Shown here piece by piece: positions 8,155-17,023 of a DNA stretch of 32,936 nucleotides. Numbering within the stretch: position 1 is the stretch's first letter; each line of letters opens with the position of its first letter. Source of the DNA: an archaeon (GTDB lineage: Archaea; Nanobdellota; Nanobdellia; Woesearchaeales; GW2011-AR9); NCBI GenBank assembly GCA_020053615.1, contig JAGVMW010000025.1, forward strand, positions 1 to 32,936, given 5' to 3'. Made by a program: the position numbers and the translations under genes. The notes beneath the pieces were generated by a model. The model saw only the letters and a program-made list of their open reading frames with translations, searched no databases and was not told the DNA's origin.

Positions 8155-8287
8155 GTACGTGCATAGCATCATAATGTCAAAATTCATTCAGAATATGCCT
8201 ACGAAGGTGACAGGGGGACTTGCCCCCTACGGGGATGTCGCCCCAACGATAACCCTCACCAGAATTTTGAAGATGCTATGCATGTAC
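8155..8287 (+). repeat. Palindromic structured element, copy C
   Basis: 16-bp outer stem GTACGTGCATAGCATC/GATGCTATGCATGTAC (one G:T), bulge ATAATG, and 9-bp stem TCAAAATTC/GAATTTTGA. Stem GGTGAC/GTCGCC (one T:G) surrounds the core AGGGGGACTTGCCCCCTACGGGGAT. Confidence 0.85.
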
Positions 8288-8322
8288 TACAACAACAATA
8301 AAAATATTGGAGGTGTTTAATC

Positions 8323-9894
8323 ATGATGAACACACAAACGGATGCATATATGTATTGGGTAGATAACAAAAGATGCTTAGAAGAAATTATTGATAGAAGA
8401 GAAGCATTAACCAAACCAGAACAACTAACTGCAGATAATTTAATTCGAGCACAATCCGGATTAAGAAGATTACAAGACGAGATGATTCATCTGCAAAAAA
8501 CCTGCGGAGGAGATTTGCCGCCGTCAAGCTACCGAGAGATTAAAGAAGCTAATCACGCTTTTGAAGAGATTGTAGAAGCCCTGTCTCAGAAACGAAAAGA
8601 ATATTTATCATTAGCTCCACAAATTAGTTTAGATATTAAAATATGGCACAATTCTACTGAAGCAAATAAAGAAGGAGAACTAACCTCGGTCATGGAGCTT
8701 TGTTCCAAGTATCGTTGCGCTACTGATTTTGACCCCGAATTCTTCCCGGGAAAAACACAATTAAATCAGTTCTATGCAGATCTATCTGAACTAACATTCA
8801 TAGCCTCTCCACGAGTGGCAGAAGAATACCTTCAAAGATATACCCAATTAACCACAATTGATGAAGTGATTAAATTTAAACAGGGATTTGAGCAGAATTT
8901 TTGGCAGAAAGCAGATAGAATAAAACATAAGTTAAATCAAAAGTATGAAAGAAAAATAAGTAAAGAAGAACAGGCTATATTAAATGTGCATCCTTTAGGA
9001 ACTTTTACTTTGATTAAAGAGGACATCAAAAATATTACAGAAAAAACAGCAGAATTCCAAAAGACGAAGAAAGAGTTATGGCAGGGAATTACTGCGCTTC
9101 GTGATGACTTGGTGTATCTTAGCAATAATGTTCCGGCACTAAACCAGATTTATGTAAATAAAGTATTAACTCCGATTAACCCAATTAAGTCAGTGGCAGA
9201 TTACTTATTGTTAAAGAAAGATTCAGCTGATTACCAGAAGTCAATTGGGAATTTGAAAAAGCTTAAAGAAGAAAAGAAGAAAGAACTTACCAAATTAGCT
9301 AAAACTGAATGTTCTGAATTAACCCAGACTATAACGACAGATATGAATTCACAGGATTATACCAAATTTGAGAAATATACTAACAGAATAATTGAACTTA
9401 AAGATTACTGCAAACAATTAGGAGAAGAGGAAACTTATGCAGTGCTACAGACTCAGTTCGACCGCATTGATAGGATAAATAAATATGTAGCTGCAATCCA
9501 ACCGAAAGAAAAGCTAGAGTTAAGGATAACTGTAGGAGAATATGAAACTAAACCTACAACTAAAATACTTGATATCGAGCCAAAAAAAGTGGATGCTGCA
9601 TCCAATAAAGATCTTCCTTGGATGCCAATTGTCACCGAGCAGGATTTAACCGTAGCCGGGTTTAGATATTCCCGGTATGCCCAAGACAATTCGCTGAAAC
9701 AATTGTGCCTGCAGATTGCTGGAGTGAACGAGAAAGGAGAATATTCCTGTACTACACTTAAAGATAGAGTAAGCAGTATAGACAAACAAAAGTTTAGGAT
9801 AGTTGGTGAAAAATTGTTAGGTGATGATGAAATTATTTACAGTGCGCTGAAGGAAGGGATTGGGAAGTGTGGATACCAGCGAAAAGTAGTTTAA
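8323..9894 (+). CDS. Hypothetical large helical protein (last gene of the + operon)
   Basis: SD GGAGGTG lies 7 nt upstream of ATGATG. The protein is long, charged and helical with no TM segment. I recognise no family. Confidence 0.7.
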   Translation: MMNTQTDAYMYWVDNKRCLEEIIDRREALTKPEQLTADNLIRAQSGLRRLQDEMIHLQKTCGGDLPPSSYREIKEANHAFEEIVEALSQKRKEYLSLAPQISLDIKIWHNSTEANKEGELTSVMELCSKYRCATDFDPEFFPGKTQLNQFYADLSELTFIASPRVAEEYLQRYTQLTTIDEVIKFKQGFEQNFWQKADRIKHKLNQKYERKISKEEQAILNVHPLGTFTLIKEDIKNITEKTAEFQKTKKELWQGITALRDDLVYLSNNVPALNQIYVNKVLTPINPIKSVADYLLLKKDSADYQKSIGNLKKLKEEKKKELTKLAKTECSELTQTITTDMNSQDYTKFEKYTNRIIELKDYCKQLGEEETYAVLQTQFDRIDRINKYVAAIQPKEKLELRITVGEYETKPTTKILDIEPKKVDAASNKDLPWMPIVTEQDLTVAGFRYSRYAQDNSLKQLCLQIAGVNEKGEYSCTTLKDRVSSIDKQKFRIVGEKLLGDDEIIYSALKEGIGKCGYQRKVV

Positions 9895-9897
9895 ATA

Positions 9898-12321
9898 TTA
9901 AGTGTTGGTGGTATAAGTATAATTAATCTGACATGATTCAGGAACAGAATTACTTCTAGCTTTATTTCCAGCGGAATCCATTACATCTAATACATAGCAA
10001 TCATCTTTAAAAGGTCCGACAGAATAAGTAGTATTAAAGCTCCTATCAATATCCCGCCATTCTTTTACAACTTCAGTTTTGTTATACAATTTTGCTATCA
10101 TTTCAGAAGATGTACTATTTCTTATTTCTGCTTTAAGAATTAAGTTGTTTTTACTACACACCCATTCACTTCTACAGATATATTCTTCAAAAATAACAGC
10201 ACAGTTTAAAAAATCATCCCCATATACTGAAATTTCTACCGGCCCAGCGCACTCAACATTTACATCAGTCAGGCCATTGCATTGGTAATCTTCAAATACC
10301 ATATTAACTTCTTGACCAGTATAGTTTACTTTACATTTAATGTGGTCTCGGTCATACTCACAATGGAAATTTCCAGAATTGGGGACATAAAGATTTGCTC
10401 CACCGCCTTCGCAAAGAAGAACATTTTTATCAGACCAACAGTTGCCATTGCCACAAATCGAATCTAAGCTGACATATAATTTATTAGTAATATGGCTTTC
10501 AGCTTTAACTCGCACCATTATCTCTCCTAAATCCTCAACGTTTTTTGTAGTGCGAAGTTCTTCTTTGCAGTCAATTAACTGTCCTGCAAATTCCGGAGGT
10601 TTTATTTTGATACTTTCAGTATTTATACTTCCTCTTTTATCCATCGCAGTAAGGGTGTAAGTTAAACCATAAGGACAATCTACACTAAAACTAACATCTA
10701 GTTTTGCTCCAAGATTCTTATCCCATTCATAGACCAAATGATTATCTTTATACAATCTTACATCAGATAACCCAATATCTTCATCTCCACTTTCAACAAC
10801 ACCCTCTATCCTATAAACTTTTCCACTATCTGAACGTCGTTCATTAATTTTTATCTCAGGAGGTGCATCAGCATGCAATTTATATTCACAGCCGTCGCTG
10901 GTAGCAATGAAATATCCAGCAGCTGCTGCCATTGCTACAATAGAAGTAGCCGCTAAACCGATGCGAAGTGCTTTTTTGAAAGTATTTTTTTCCACAGGTT
11001 TCATCTTAACCTCGCTAACCATCGAAGTAAACAAATCGATTGCTTGGGGTTTAGAACAATATTCTTTAGATGAAGCAATAATCACCTCATCAGACAAAGC
11101 TTTGGTGGAAGATACTTTTGACAAAATACAACTATAAGCAGATTCCATCTCTAATCCAGGAGGTAAACTTAATTTACATTCTTTTAAATATTGTGGGAGC
11201 GTTATTGGATTTAACGTTGGTGGATTAACTTTATACTCTTGTAGTGGAGCCAGACCTAAAGATTTAAGTTCTTGAGCAATTGCACCAGCAGATTGATAAC
11301 GTTCATCTTTAGAAGATGTTCCTTTAATGATTATATCTGTTAACGTCTGATAGTGATTACCATCACATACAGAGGGATATTTTTCCTTGAGTTTATTGAT
11401 AATAGATTTGCTCAATTCACTCTTATCACCGCCACTTTTTTCTTTAAGCGGTTCTACCAATTTTCCAGTTAACATCAAACACAACAAGTTAATAAGATTA
11501 TAAGTATCATATGATGGTTCAATACTCTGACCATAATCAATATCAAATTTAGGAGGATGATATACCTTATTAACGGTTATTCCTGATTGAGTGGTGTAAT
11601 AACTGCCAGAGATTCCACTAACCGAAACCATACTATATAATTTACTTGCTTTCATATTCCTTTCTTTAGCTAACCCAAAATCATTTAGTAATACTCTCTT
11701 AACCCCTTTTTCATCTTTATATATCAGTACATTGCTTGGAGAAATATCAACCAAGATAATCCCATCTTTTAATATTCCACCATTATCATTTATTCTTCGA
11801 GCATTATGAAATAAGTCAGCTTGCTCGCACATTTCGGTGGCAATATGCACTACTTCTTCTAGTGATTCTATTTTTTTGTTTGCCGTTACTCTCAATTTCC
11901 TAAGCAGTGGATTGTTCTTTTCCATGTCTAAAGTTATATCTTTAAATTCATCATCCACCCCTAATAAACTGTGAAGAGTATTTTCAGAGGTGAAAGCCAA
12001 TCCAGGGATATATTTAAACAAAAGACATAATGCTCCATTAACTCGACCATAATTCTCATACAAAGTTAAATTAGTGTACTGAGGAAAATAAGTCTTGAGA
12101 AATTCCAGTACCAAAATTTCATTCTTTTGCACCTCTCTACTGGCCACCCCAGTACAATTACTAGAATGCCTGAAGATCTTAGCAAACATTTTTTCAGGAG
12201 TTTCACCTTTCTCAGAATAATCACAAATATACCGAGCACTCATAGTTCCTTTACTATGCTTTTCTATATTACTAAGCACTCCATCATTGTTTAGCTGATA
12301 AGTTAAGTTTTGATCAGTCAT
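9898..12321 (-). CDS. Receptor-type Ser/Thr protein kinase: cytoplasmic Hanks-type kinase, one TM helix, Cys-rich Ig-like ectodomain
   Basis: Catalytic loop ILVDISPSNVLI, DFG motif LLNDFGLAKE, and subdomain IX-like SYDTYNLINLLCLMLTG. TM helix IGLAATSIVAMAAAAGYFIA. The ectodomain has repeated modules ending MDKRGS.../MDSAGNKARS and many Cys residues. Confidence 0.8.
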   Translation of the reverse strand: MTDQNLTYQLNNDGVLSNIEKHSKGTMSARYICDYSEKGETPEKMFAKIFRHSSNCTGVASREVQKNEILVLEFLKTYFPQYTNLTLYENYGRVNGALCLLFKYIPGLAFTSENTLHSLLGVDDEFKDITLDMEKNNPLLRKLRVTANKKIESLEEVVHIATEMCEQADLFHNARRINDNGGILKDGIILVDISPSNVLIYKDEKGVKRVLLNDFGLAKERNMKASKLYSMVSVSGISGSYYTTQSGITVNKVYHPPKFDIDYGQSIEPSYDTYNLINLLCLMLTGKLVEPLKEKSGGDKSELSKSIINKLKEKYPSVCDGNHYQTLTDIIIKGTSSKDERYQSAGAIAQELKSLGLAPLQEYKVNPPTLNPITLPQYLKECKLSLPPGLEMESAYSCILSKVSSTKALSDEVIIASSKEYCSKPQAIDLFTSMVSEVKMKPVEKNTFKKALRIGLAATSIVAMAAAAGYFIATSDGCEYKLHADAPPEIKINERRSDSGKVYRIEGVVESGDEDIGLSDVRLYKDNHLVYEWDKNLGAKLDVSFSVDCPYGLTYTLTAMDKRGSINTESIKIKPPEFAGQLIDCKEELRTTKNVEDLGEIMVRVKAESHITNKLYVSLDSICGNGNCWSDKNVLLCEGGGANLYVPNSGNFHCEYDRDHIKCKVNYTGQEVNMVFEDYQCNGLTDVNVECAGPVEISVYGDDFLNCAVIFEEYICRSEWVCSKNNLILKAEIRNSTSSEMIAKLYNKTEVVKEWRDIDRSFNTTYSVGPFKDDCYVLDVMDSAGNKARSNSVPESCQINYTYTTNT

Positions 12322-12357
12322 GGTATTTTATGTTTAGTTTGTTAGTTTTTATTTAGT

Positions 12358-13698
12358 TTATTCTGTTTTTGGCTCACTTTCTGATTTGTCTGGAGTTATT
12401 GCTGTTGGTTCAGTGATAACTTCAGTTGTAGTACCACTTGACCCTATCGGTACGGCTGCTGATTCATCTGGTACTACAGCTGGTTTAGTACCGTTTGACT
12501 TTGGTGACACACCTTTCTGCGTAGAGGGTAATTTAGTTTTGACTCCAACTGATTTAGACTTATTACCATAGAGGTCAGTACATTCTACTTTAGTATAAAT
12601 TACATTTCGGTATAATGGACAAGTGTTCAAAGGCAATTTATAATCATTCATAATATTATCCAAAGATTTAGTGACAAAAGGAGAATTTGGACAGGTGATA
12701 TTACAGGTAACTGGTTCTGTTTCTCCATTTATCTCAATAGTATAATACTTTGAACTTATTTTAGCTTTAGTTACTTCATTTATTTTACTTAATGATACTT
12801 TGGGAGGAGTCTTATCTACATCCGTAGGAATTACTGCATGCATATTCTCTACTGCTAGTTTAGCTGTATCGGATGTAGCTTCATTTACATTAGCACCAGT
12901 TGCCTCAGCTGCTGCTGGCTGACTTAGTGGCACTAGTTTAGTAATCTCTGATATTAATGATAGTTTATTTGAGATGTAACTTTTAACTTCTCTAAGACAC
13001 TTGCTTATCTTGTCACTCTTCGGTATTTCCGGAGGACGATAAGTAGAAGCAATCTCTGATTCTGCCACTCGCCTTTGATGTACATGAACCTCGGGTGCTT
13101 TATACCATATCAACAGCCCTATTCCAGCACAAACTAAACCGCTTAATAAGCCAGATCCAAGCATAGTTGCATAATTTGGTCTCCTCAACAACGTATTAAT
13201 CTCATAGTTTGCCACTTTTTCCTCTACCTGAGTCCTATCATCTTTAGTTTCATCAGATGTAGATGAAGAGTGCAACTTTAAAATATCTTTAAGCAACTTA
13301 GTATTCGCACCGACTTCATTCGATAATTGTTCTAATGTAACAGGAGCAGTGATTTGATTATAAGCGTCATAGCTTTCTCTTACCAGTCTAAGCACTGCAT
13401 TGGAATCGGTTTTCTCACCTAAGCCTAAGACATCAACAAGACTGGAATAAAATTGTAAATACTGTCCTAAATATTGTTGACTCACTTTAATCTTAGCAGA
13501 TAACTCATCATAAGTAGCCGTTTTAGGCAGCCCAACATGAATTTTCAGTTCGGTTAATTTATCTTCTAACGAATGAATATATGCATCTCTATCATCAATA
13601 CTTTTTGACAGCTTACCCACTACACTACCTAAAGCAGAAAATCGTTCATCTAATGATAGTGGAACTTCACTTTCAGTTGTGTCAGTTGTAGCGTTCAT
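12358..13698 (-). CDS. Coiled-coil / single-TM protein with an extracellular Ig-like module
   Basis: I prefer the MNATT start (ATG at 13698), 1 nt after the upstream stop. It has an N-terminal module LSLDERFSALGSVVGKLSKSIDDRDAYIHSLE, a TM helix LLSGLVCAGIGLLIWY, and an ectodomain ending TDLYGNKSKS. Confidence 0.7.
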   Translation of the reverse strand: MNATTDTTESEVPLSLDERFSALGSVVGKLSKSIDDRDAYIHSLEDKLTELKIHVGLPKTATYDELSAKIKVSQQYLGQYLQFYSSLVDVLGLGEKTDSNAVLRLVRESYDAYNQITAPVTLEQLSNEVGANTKLLKDILKLHSSSTSDETKDDRTQVEEKVANYEINTLLRRPNYATMLGSGLLSGLVCAGIGLLIWYKAPEVHVHQRRVAESEIASTYRPPEIPKSDKISKCLREVKSYISNKLSLISEITKLVPLSQPAAAEATGANVNEATSDTAKLAVENMHAVIPTDVDKTPPKVSLSKINEVTKAKISSKYYTIEINGETEPVTCNITCPNSPFVTKSLDNIMNDYKLPLNTCPLYRNVIYTKVECTDLYGNKSKSVGVKTKLPSTQKGVSPKSNGTKPAVVPDESAAVPIGSSGTTTEVITEPTAITPDKSESEPKTE

Positions 13699-13699
13699 G

Positions 13700-14317
13700 T
13701 TACTTAGGATTTTTCTTAAATCGCCCCCATACTTTAACTCCAAAATTATATAGTGGATCTTCCTCTTCTTCAAATATTTCTGCTACTTTAACGCTTGCTT
13801 TATATAATCTGGAGTATATACTACTCATTCCACCACCAACATAATTGAATGCCAACTTTAATTTAGGGGAATACCATTTTGACTTTCTTTTTTCCTCGTG
13901 ATAATCTGGAGATAATACCTCAATTAAGTAATCTAATTTTTTGTCCAGTAAAGGAAGATATCCTTTAATTTCATTAATTTTAGTAGATAACTCTTTTAGG
14001 GGAATACTTTTCTTAATTTCTTCTAAAAAAGGTATTATTTTAGTTAACATCTCTTCCAGAGAGGTCAAAGAGTGATATTTTTCATCAATACGTGTTAGTT
14101 TATCATCAATTTTAGTATAAAGTTCCAATGATATAGCACTATGGATATCTTTTGCAGCTTTTAATTGGCCTTCTAAATTATGGATATATACATTTCTATC
14201 ATCAATGCATTTTGACAGCTTTCCCACTACACTGCCTAAAGCTGAAAATCGTTCTTCCAAAGATAATTTAATTGCACTTTCCGAGGCATCAGTTTTTTCG
14301 TCCATTTTTATTACCAT
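13700..14317 (-). CDS. Coiled-coil protein sharing the N-terminal module of the downstream gene
   Basis: LSLEERFSALGSVVGKLSKCIDDRNVYIHNLE is followed by a helical region. I chose the start at 14317 (TAA-N-ATG spacing to the PP2C stop). 14305 and 14341 are alternatives. Confidence 0.6.
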   Translation of the reverse strand: MVIKMDEKTDASESAIKLSLEERFSALGSVVGKLSKCIDDRNVYIHNLEGQLKAAKDIHSAISLELYTKIDDKLTRIDEKYHSLTSLEEMLTKIIPFLEEIKKSIPLKELSTKINEIKGYLPLLDKKLDYLIEVLSPDYHEEKRKSKWYSPKLKLAFNYVGGGMSSIYSRLYKASVKVAEIFEEEEDPLYNFGVKVWGRFKKNPK

Positions 14318-14318
14318 T

Positions 14319-15815
14319 TTATTTTTCCAAAAAATCTCCAATCCATCTCAATACTTCTTTTGGACCATTGGACCACGCTCTTGTTTCTTGTTTTTCTGGG
14401 GAATATTCTTTATTGGATAACTGTTGATTAATTTTTTCAATAACCCCATCATTATAACCTCCTAAAGTTAATGCAATCTTCTCGTTGGGAGTTATTTCAG
14501 TAGGTTCAAATTCATCTTTTTTTTTTACGGATTCATCACTATCTATTCCTAAAGCATAATGAGAAAATTTAATCAGATATTTCTTCATAGAATTGTATAA
14601 TCCTTTATTTTTCTCAAGTTTAACAATCTCTTCTTCTAACTCAGCTATTTTTTTAATTAACCCATCTTTCTCTACTTCATAATCGATTATTCCACCATGC
14701 AATCTATCAATCTCTTCATCTTTGAGTTTAATATTAGCATCATATGCTGCTTTATCTTGTCTTCTTCCTTCTTTTTCATCAGCTAGCCGTCCCTCTAAAC
14801 TACTATTGGCTACTTCAAGACGAGCTATAGCTGCTTCTTTGATTCCTACTTCTCGTTGATATCCATCACGTTGCCTTTCTGTCTCTGGAAGCGTAACTTC
14901 AACGACTGTTTTTAATTCACCTAATCTTTGGTTGATAGAATCTTCCATATCAACCAATATCATTGTGGTATCGTCGTATTTAATGTTACCATCTATCCTG
15001 CTTACTAATTCTTCACTTTCTCTCAGGACATAAGCATTAAGTATCCTTTCAATCATCTGTGCTTTAGTATCACTCGGGTTAAGCCTGAAATCATCTATAC
15101 CTCCTACAATTCGCTTTATTTTGTCTTCAACCAACTCGTCTAATCGGCCATATGGACGGCGAATTCTTTCAACAAACAGGTCTAATACTTTTGACATATC
15201 ATGATACTTTCCGTGAGCACCGGCCCAGATTTGTGCTATTTCTGCATCAGTTACACGACTCATCAATCCATCAGTAGTAAGTAGTATTTTTGAAGGCTTA
15301 TCCAGTGAGATATCATATTCCACTACTGCTTGATCGATTCTACTATCGATATCCAAACGGTTATTTGGGATATGACCTTGACCAATATAATTCTTGGGCC
15401 CATCATAATCTCCCTCATCTATAGTTATCTGTTTTAACACATTATTATATCCAAAATAAACTCTGCTGTCACCCATGTGGGCCAAATACAACTTACTTGA
15501 AGAGAGGAGAACCGTATCGATGGTAGTGTGCGTTGTTCCAATTTTCTCCAGTGCACGATGGGCATTAAATAAAGCTTCTTTCAATGCTTTTTCAAGGGGG
15601 TAATCTGGAGCTTGTGATAAAGTTTTAGTCAAATAATTTCGGATTACATTTACACTAATATTACTGGCAACTGCTCCGTGATGACCGCTTAATCCATCAC
15701 CAATTATAAATAAGTTCCAATCTGTGCCATCTTTACTTTTAAAGCTCGAAGTACAATACGAATCTTCTTTTTCATCGTGCAATCGATTAATTTCTTCTTT
15801 TACATATACTTTCAT
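14319..15815 (-). CDS. PP2C-family Ser/Thr phosphatase fused to a C-terminal coiled coil
   Basis: PP2C motifs IIGDGLSGHHGAVAS, AHMGDSRVYF, LLTTDGLMSRVTDAEI and YDDTTMILVD, followed by about 200 aa of heptad-rich sequence (RQRDGYQREVGIKEAAIARLEVANSSLEGRLADEKE...). Confidence 0.85.
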   Translation of the reverse strand: MKVYVKEEINRLHDEKEDSYCTSSFKSKDGTDWNLFIIGDGLSGHHGAVASNISVNVIRNYLTKTLSQAPDYPLEKALKEALFNAHRALEKIGTTHTTIDTVLLSSSKLYLAHMGDSRVYFGYNNVLKQITIDEGDYDGPKNYIGQGHIPNNRLDIDSRIDQAVVEYDISLDKPSKILLTTDGLMSRVTDAEIAQIWAGAHGKYHDMSKVLDLFVERIRRPYGRLDELVEDKIKRIVGGIDDFRLNPSDTKAQMIERILNAYVLRESEELVSRIDGNIKYDDTTMILVDMEDSINQRLGELKTVVEVTLPETERQRDGYQREVGIKEAAIARLEVANSSLEGRLADEKEGRRQDKAAYDANIKLKDEEIDRLHGGIIDYEVEKDGLIKKIAELEEEIVKLEKNKGLYNSMKKYLIKFSHYALGIDSDESVKKKDEFEPTEITPNEKIALTLGGYNDGVIEKINQQLSNKEYSPEKQETRAWSNGPKEVLRWIGDFLEK

Positions 15816-15817
15816 AT

Positions 15818-17023
15818 TTAACCTCGATAATTATCCCAGCAAGATATTCGGTGCAGTGTTTCGTATATCTTTAACACAGGGTCAAATTTATGTTCAAGTA
15901 TAGATAGATAATCCTCTTTCTTCTCTTCTTCTGAAGTGATTATGGATTGCTGAGGGACTACTACGCTCGCGCAACGCATACGAAAATATAAATTACGCAA
16001 AGTAAATTGTAAGAAACCATTATGTTCTTTAAGTCCATAAATATGATTATCTTTATATGATTCTTCTACTGCTTTCCAATCAGAAATAAACTGGATTCGG
16101 TTCTTACGGGATAATTTTGGATAATTATTCGCTTGGTCTACTTCATACACATCCAACAATCCATCATTTAGCCCCATCAAGACATACATCTTGCCATCAA
16201 TGGAAGTAACTAATGATGATGTTGCTTCGGAAGGAAGATATTCCTCACGTTTCTCGTCAAGTAAAAAGTCAGAGGTGTCATCTACCCCATAACACTTCTC
16301 TTTCATACTGCCGTTTCTTTCGTCAATAATCATATAACCATCCTTATCATCAGTGCATACTGTGACTCCATTTGCAGTTGATACAGATAAGATTTTTCCT
16401 TTCAGTTGTTGTCCTTCCTTAGAAGGAAACGATCGTCCTCGGTTAAGAGTGTTTAATAGAATTGTTTCTAAGCGATTGAAACAAGGGACCCATATTTTTT
16501 CTACCTCACCATGATTATAATAAATTGGAGTAGAAGTAGGAACAAATATGTCTCTAATTGGTTCAAGTCCATCTAAATTACCATTTGGAGAATGTAATAA
16601 GCTACCAACATAGACCTCTTGACTCTCTTTATCTTCCGAAGGAGCAGAAACAGAAACAAACCAGCCTGTGCTAGGAGTGAAGAGCATTCCAACGTGAGTG
16701 GTAGGTTGATTTACAAACAAATCTGTATTTAATTTGTCTTCATTCTTAAAAAAGTCAATTAATCCTTTCTTTTGAATTATCTCACCTTTACGATTTACAA
16801 TAAAAAGACCATCTCTAGTTGCAGCATAAACCTCATTACCTCTGAACTTAATCTCACGAGGAGTTTGTCCGCCACGTGCATTAACTACCACTTCGTCTAA
16901 TCCCAACCTTTTCCATAGTTCTACCTTTCTATCCAAAGAACCCAAAGAACAAGCATATATCCCTTTCTCTAAGTCGTTACTATCCGACCCCACACCGAAA
17001 ACTAAATCTACATTATCATTCAT
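15818..17023 (-). CDS. Hypothetical beta-rich repeat protein (possible beta-propeller)
   Basis: The ATG overlaps the upstream TGA (ATGA). It has recurring blade-like motifs (VYAATRDGLFIVN, GVTVCTDDKDGYMIID, MYVLMGLNDGLLDVYEV). The fold call is tentative. Confidence 0.65.
   Translation of the reverse strand: MNDNVDLVFGVGSDSNDLEKGIYACSLGSLDRKVELWKRLGLDEVVVNARGGQTPREIKFRGNEVYAATRDGLFIVNRKGEIIQKKGLIDFFKNEDKLNTDLFVNQPTTHVGMLFTPSTGWFVSVSAPSEDKESQEVYVGSLLHSPNGNLDGLEPIRDIFVPTSTPIYYNHGEVEKIWVPCFNRLETILLNTLNRGRSFPSKEGQQLKGKILSVSTANGVTVCTDDKDGYMIIDERNGSMKEKCYGVDDTSDFLLDEKREEYLPSEATSSLVTSIDGKMYVLMGLNDGLLDVYEVDQANNYPKLSRKNRIQFISDWKAVEESYKDNHIYGLKEHNGFLQFTLRNLYFRMRCASVVVPQQSIITSEEEKKEDYLSILEHKFDPVLKIYETLHRISCWDNYRG

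Noticed and set aside
12322-12357. The T/A-rich spacer with GTTTAG-like repeats between the receptor-kinase start and the upstream stop, considered as another copy of the element terminus (TTTGTTTAGC).
   Set aside because: It has only a short similarity (TGTTTAGTTTGTTAG). There is no complementary partner arm and no core, so it is probably just AT-rich intergenic sequence.
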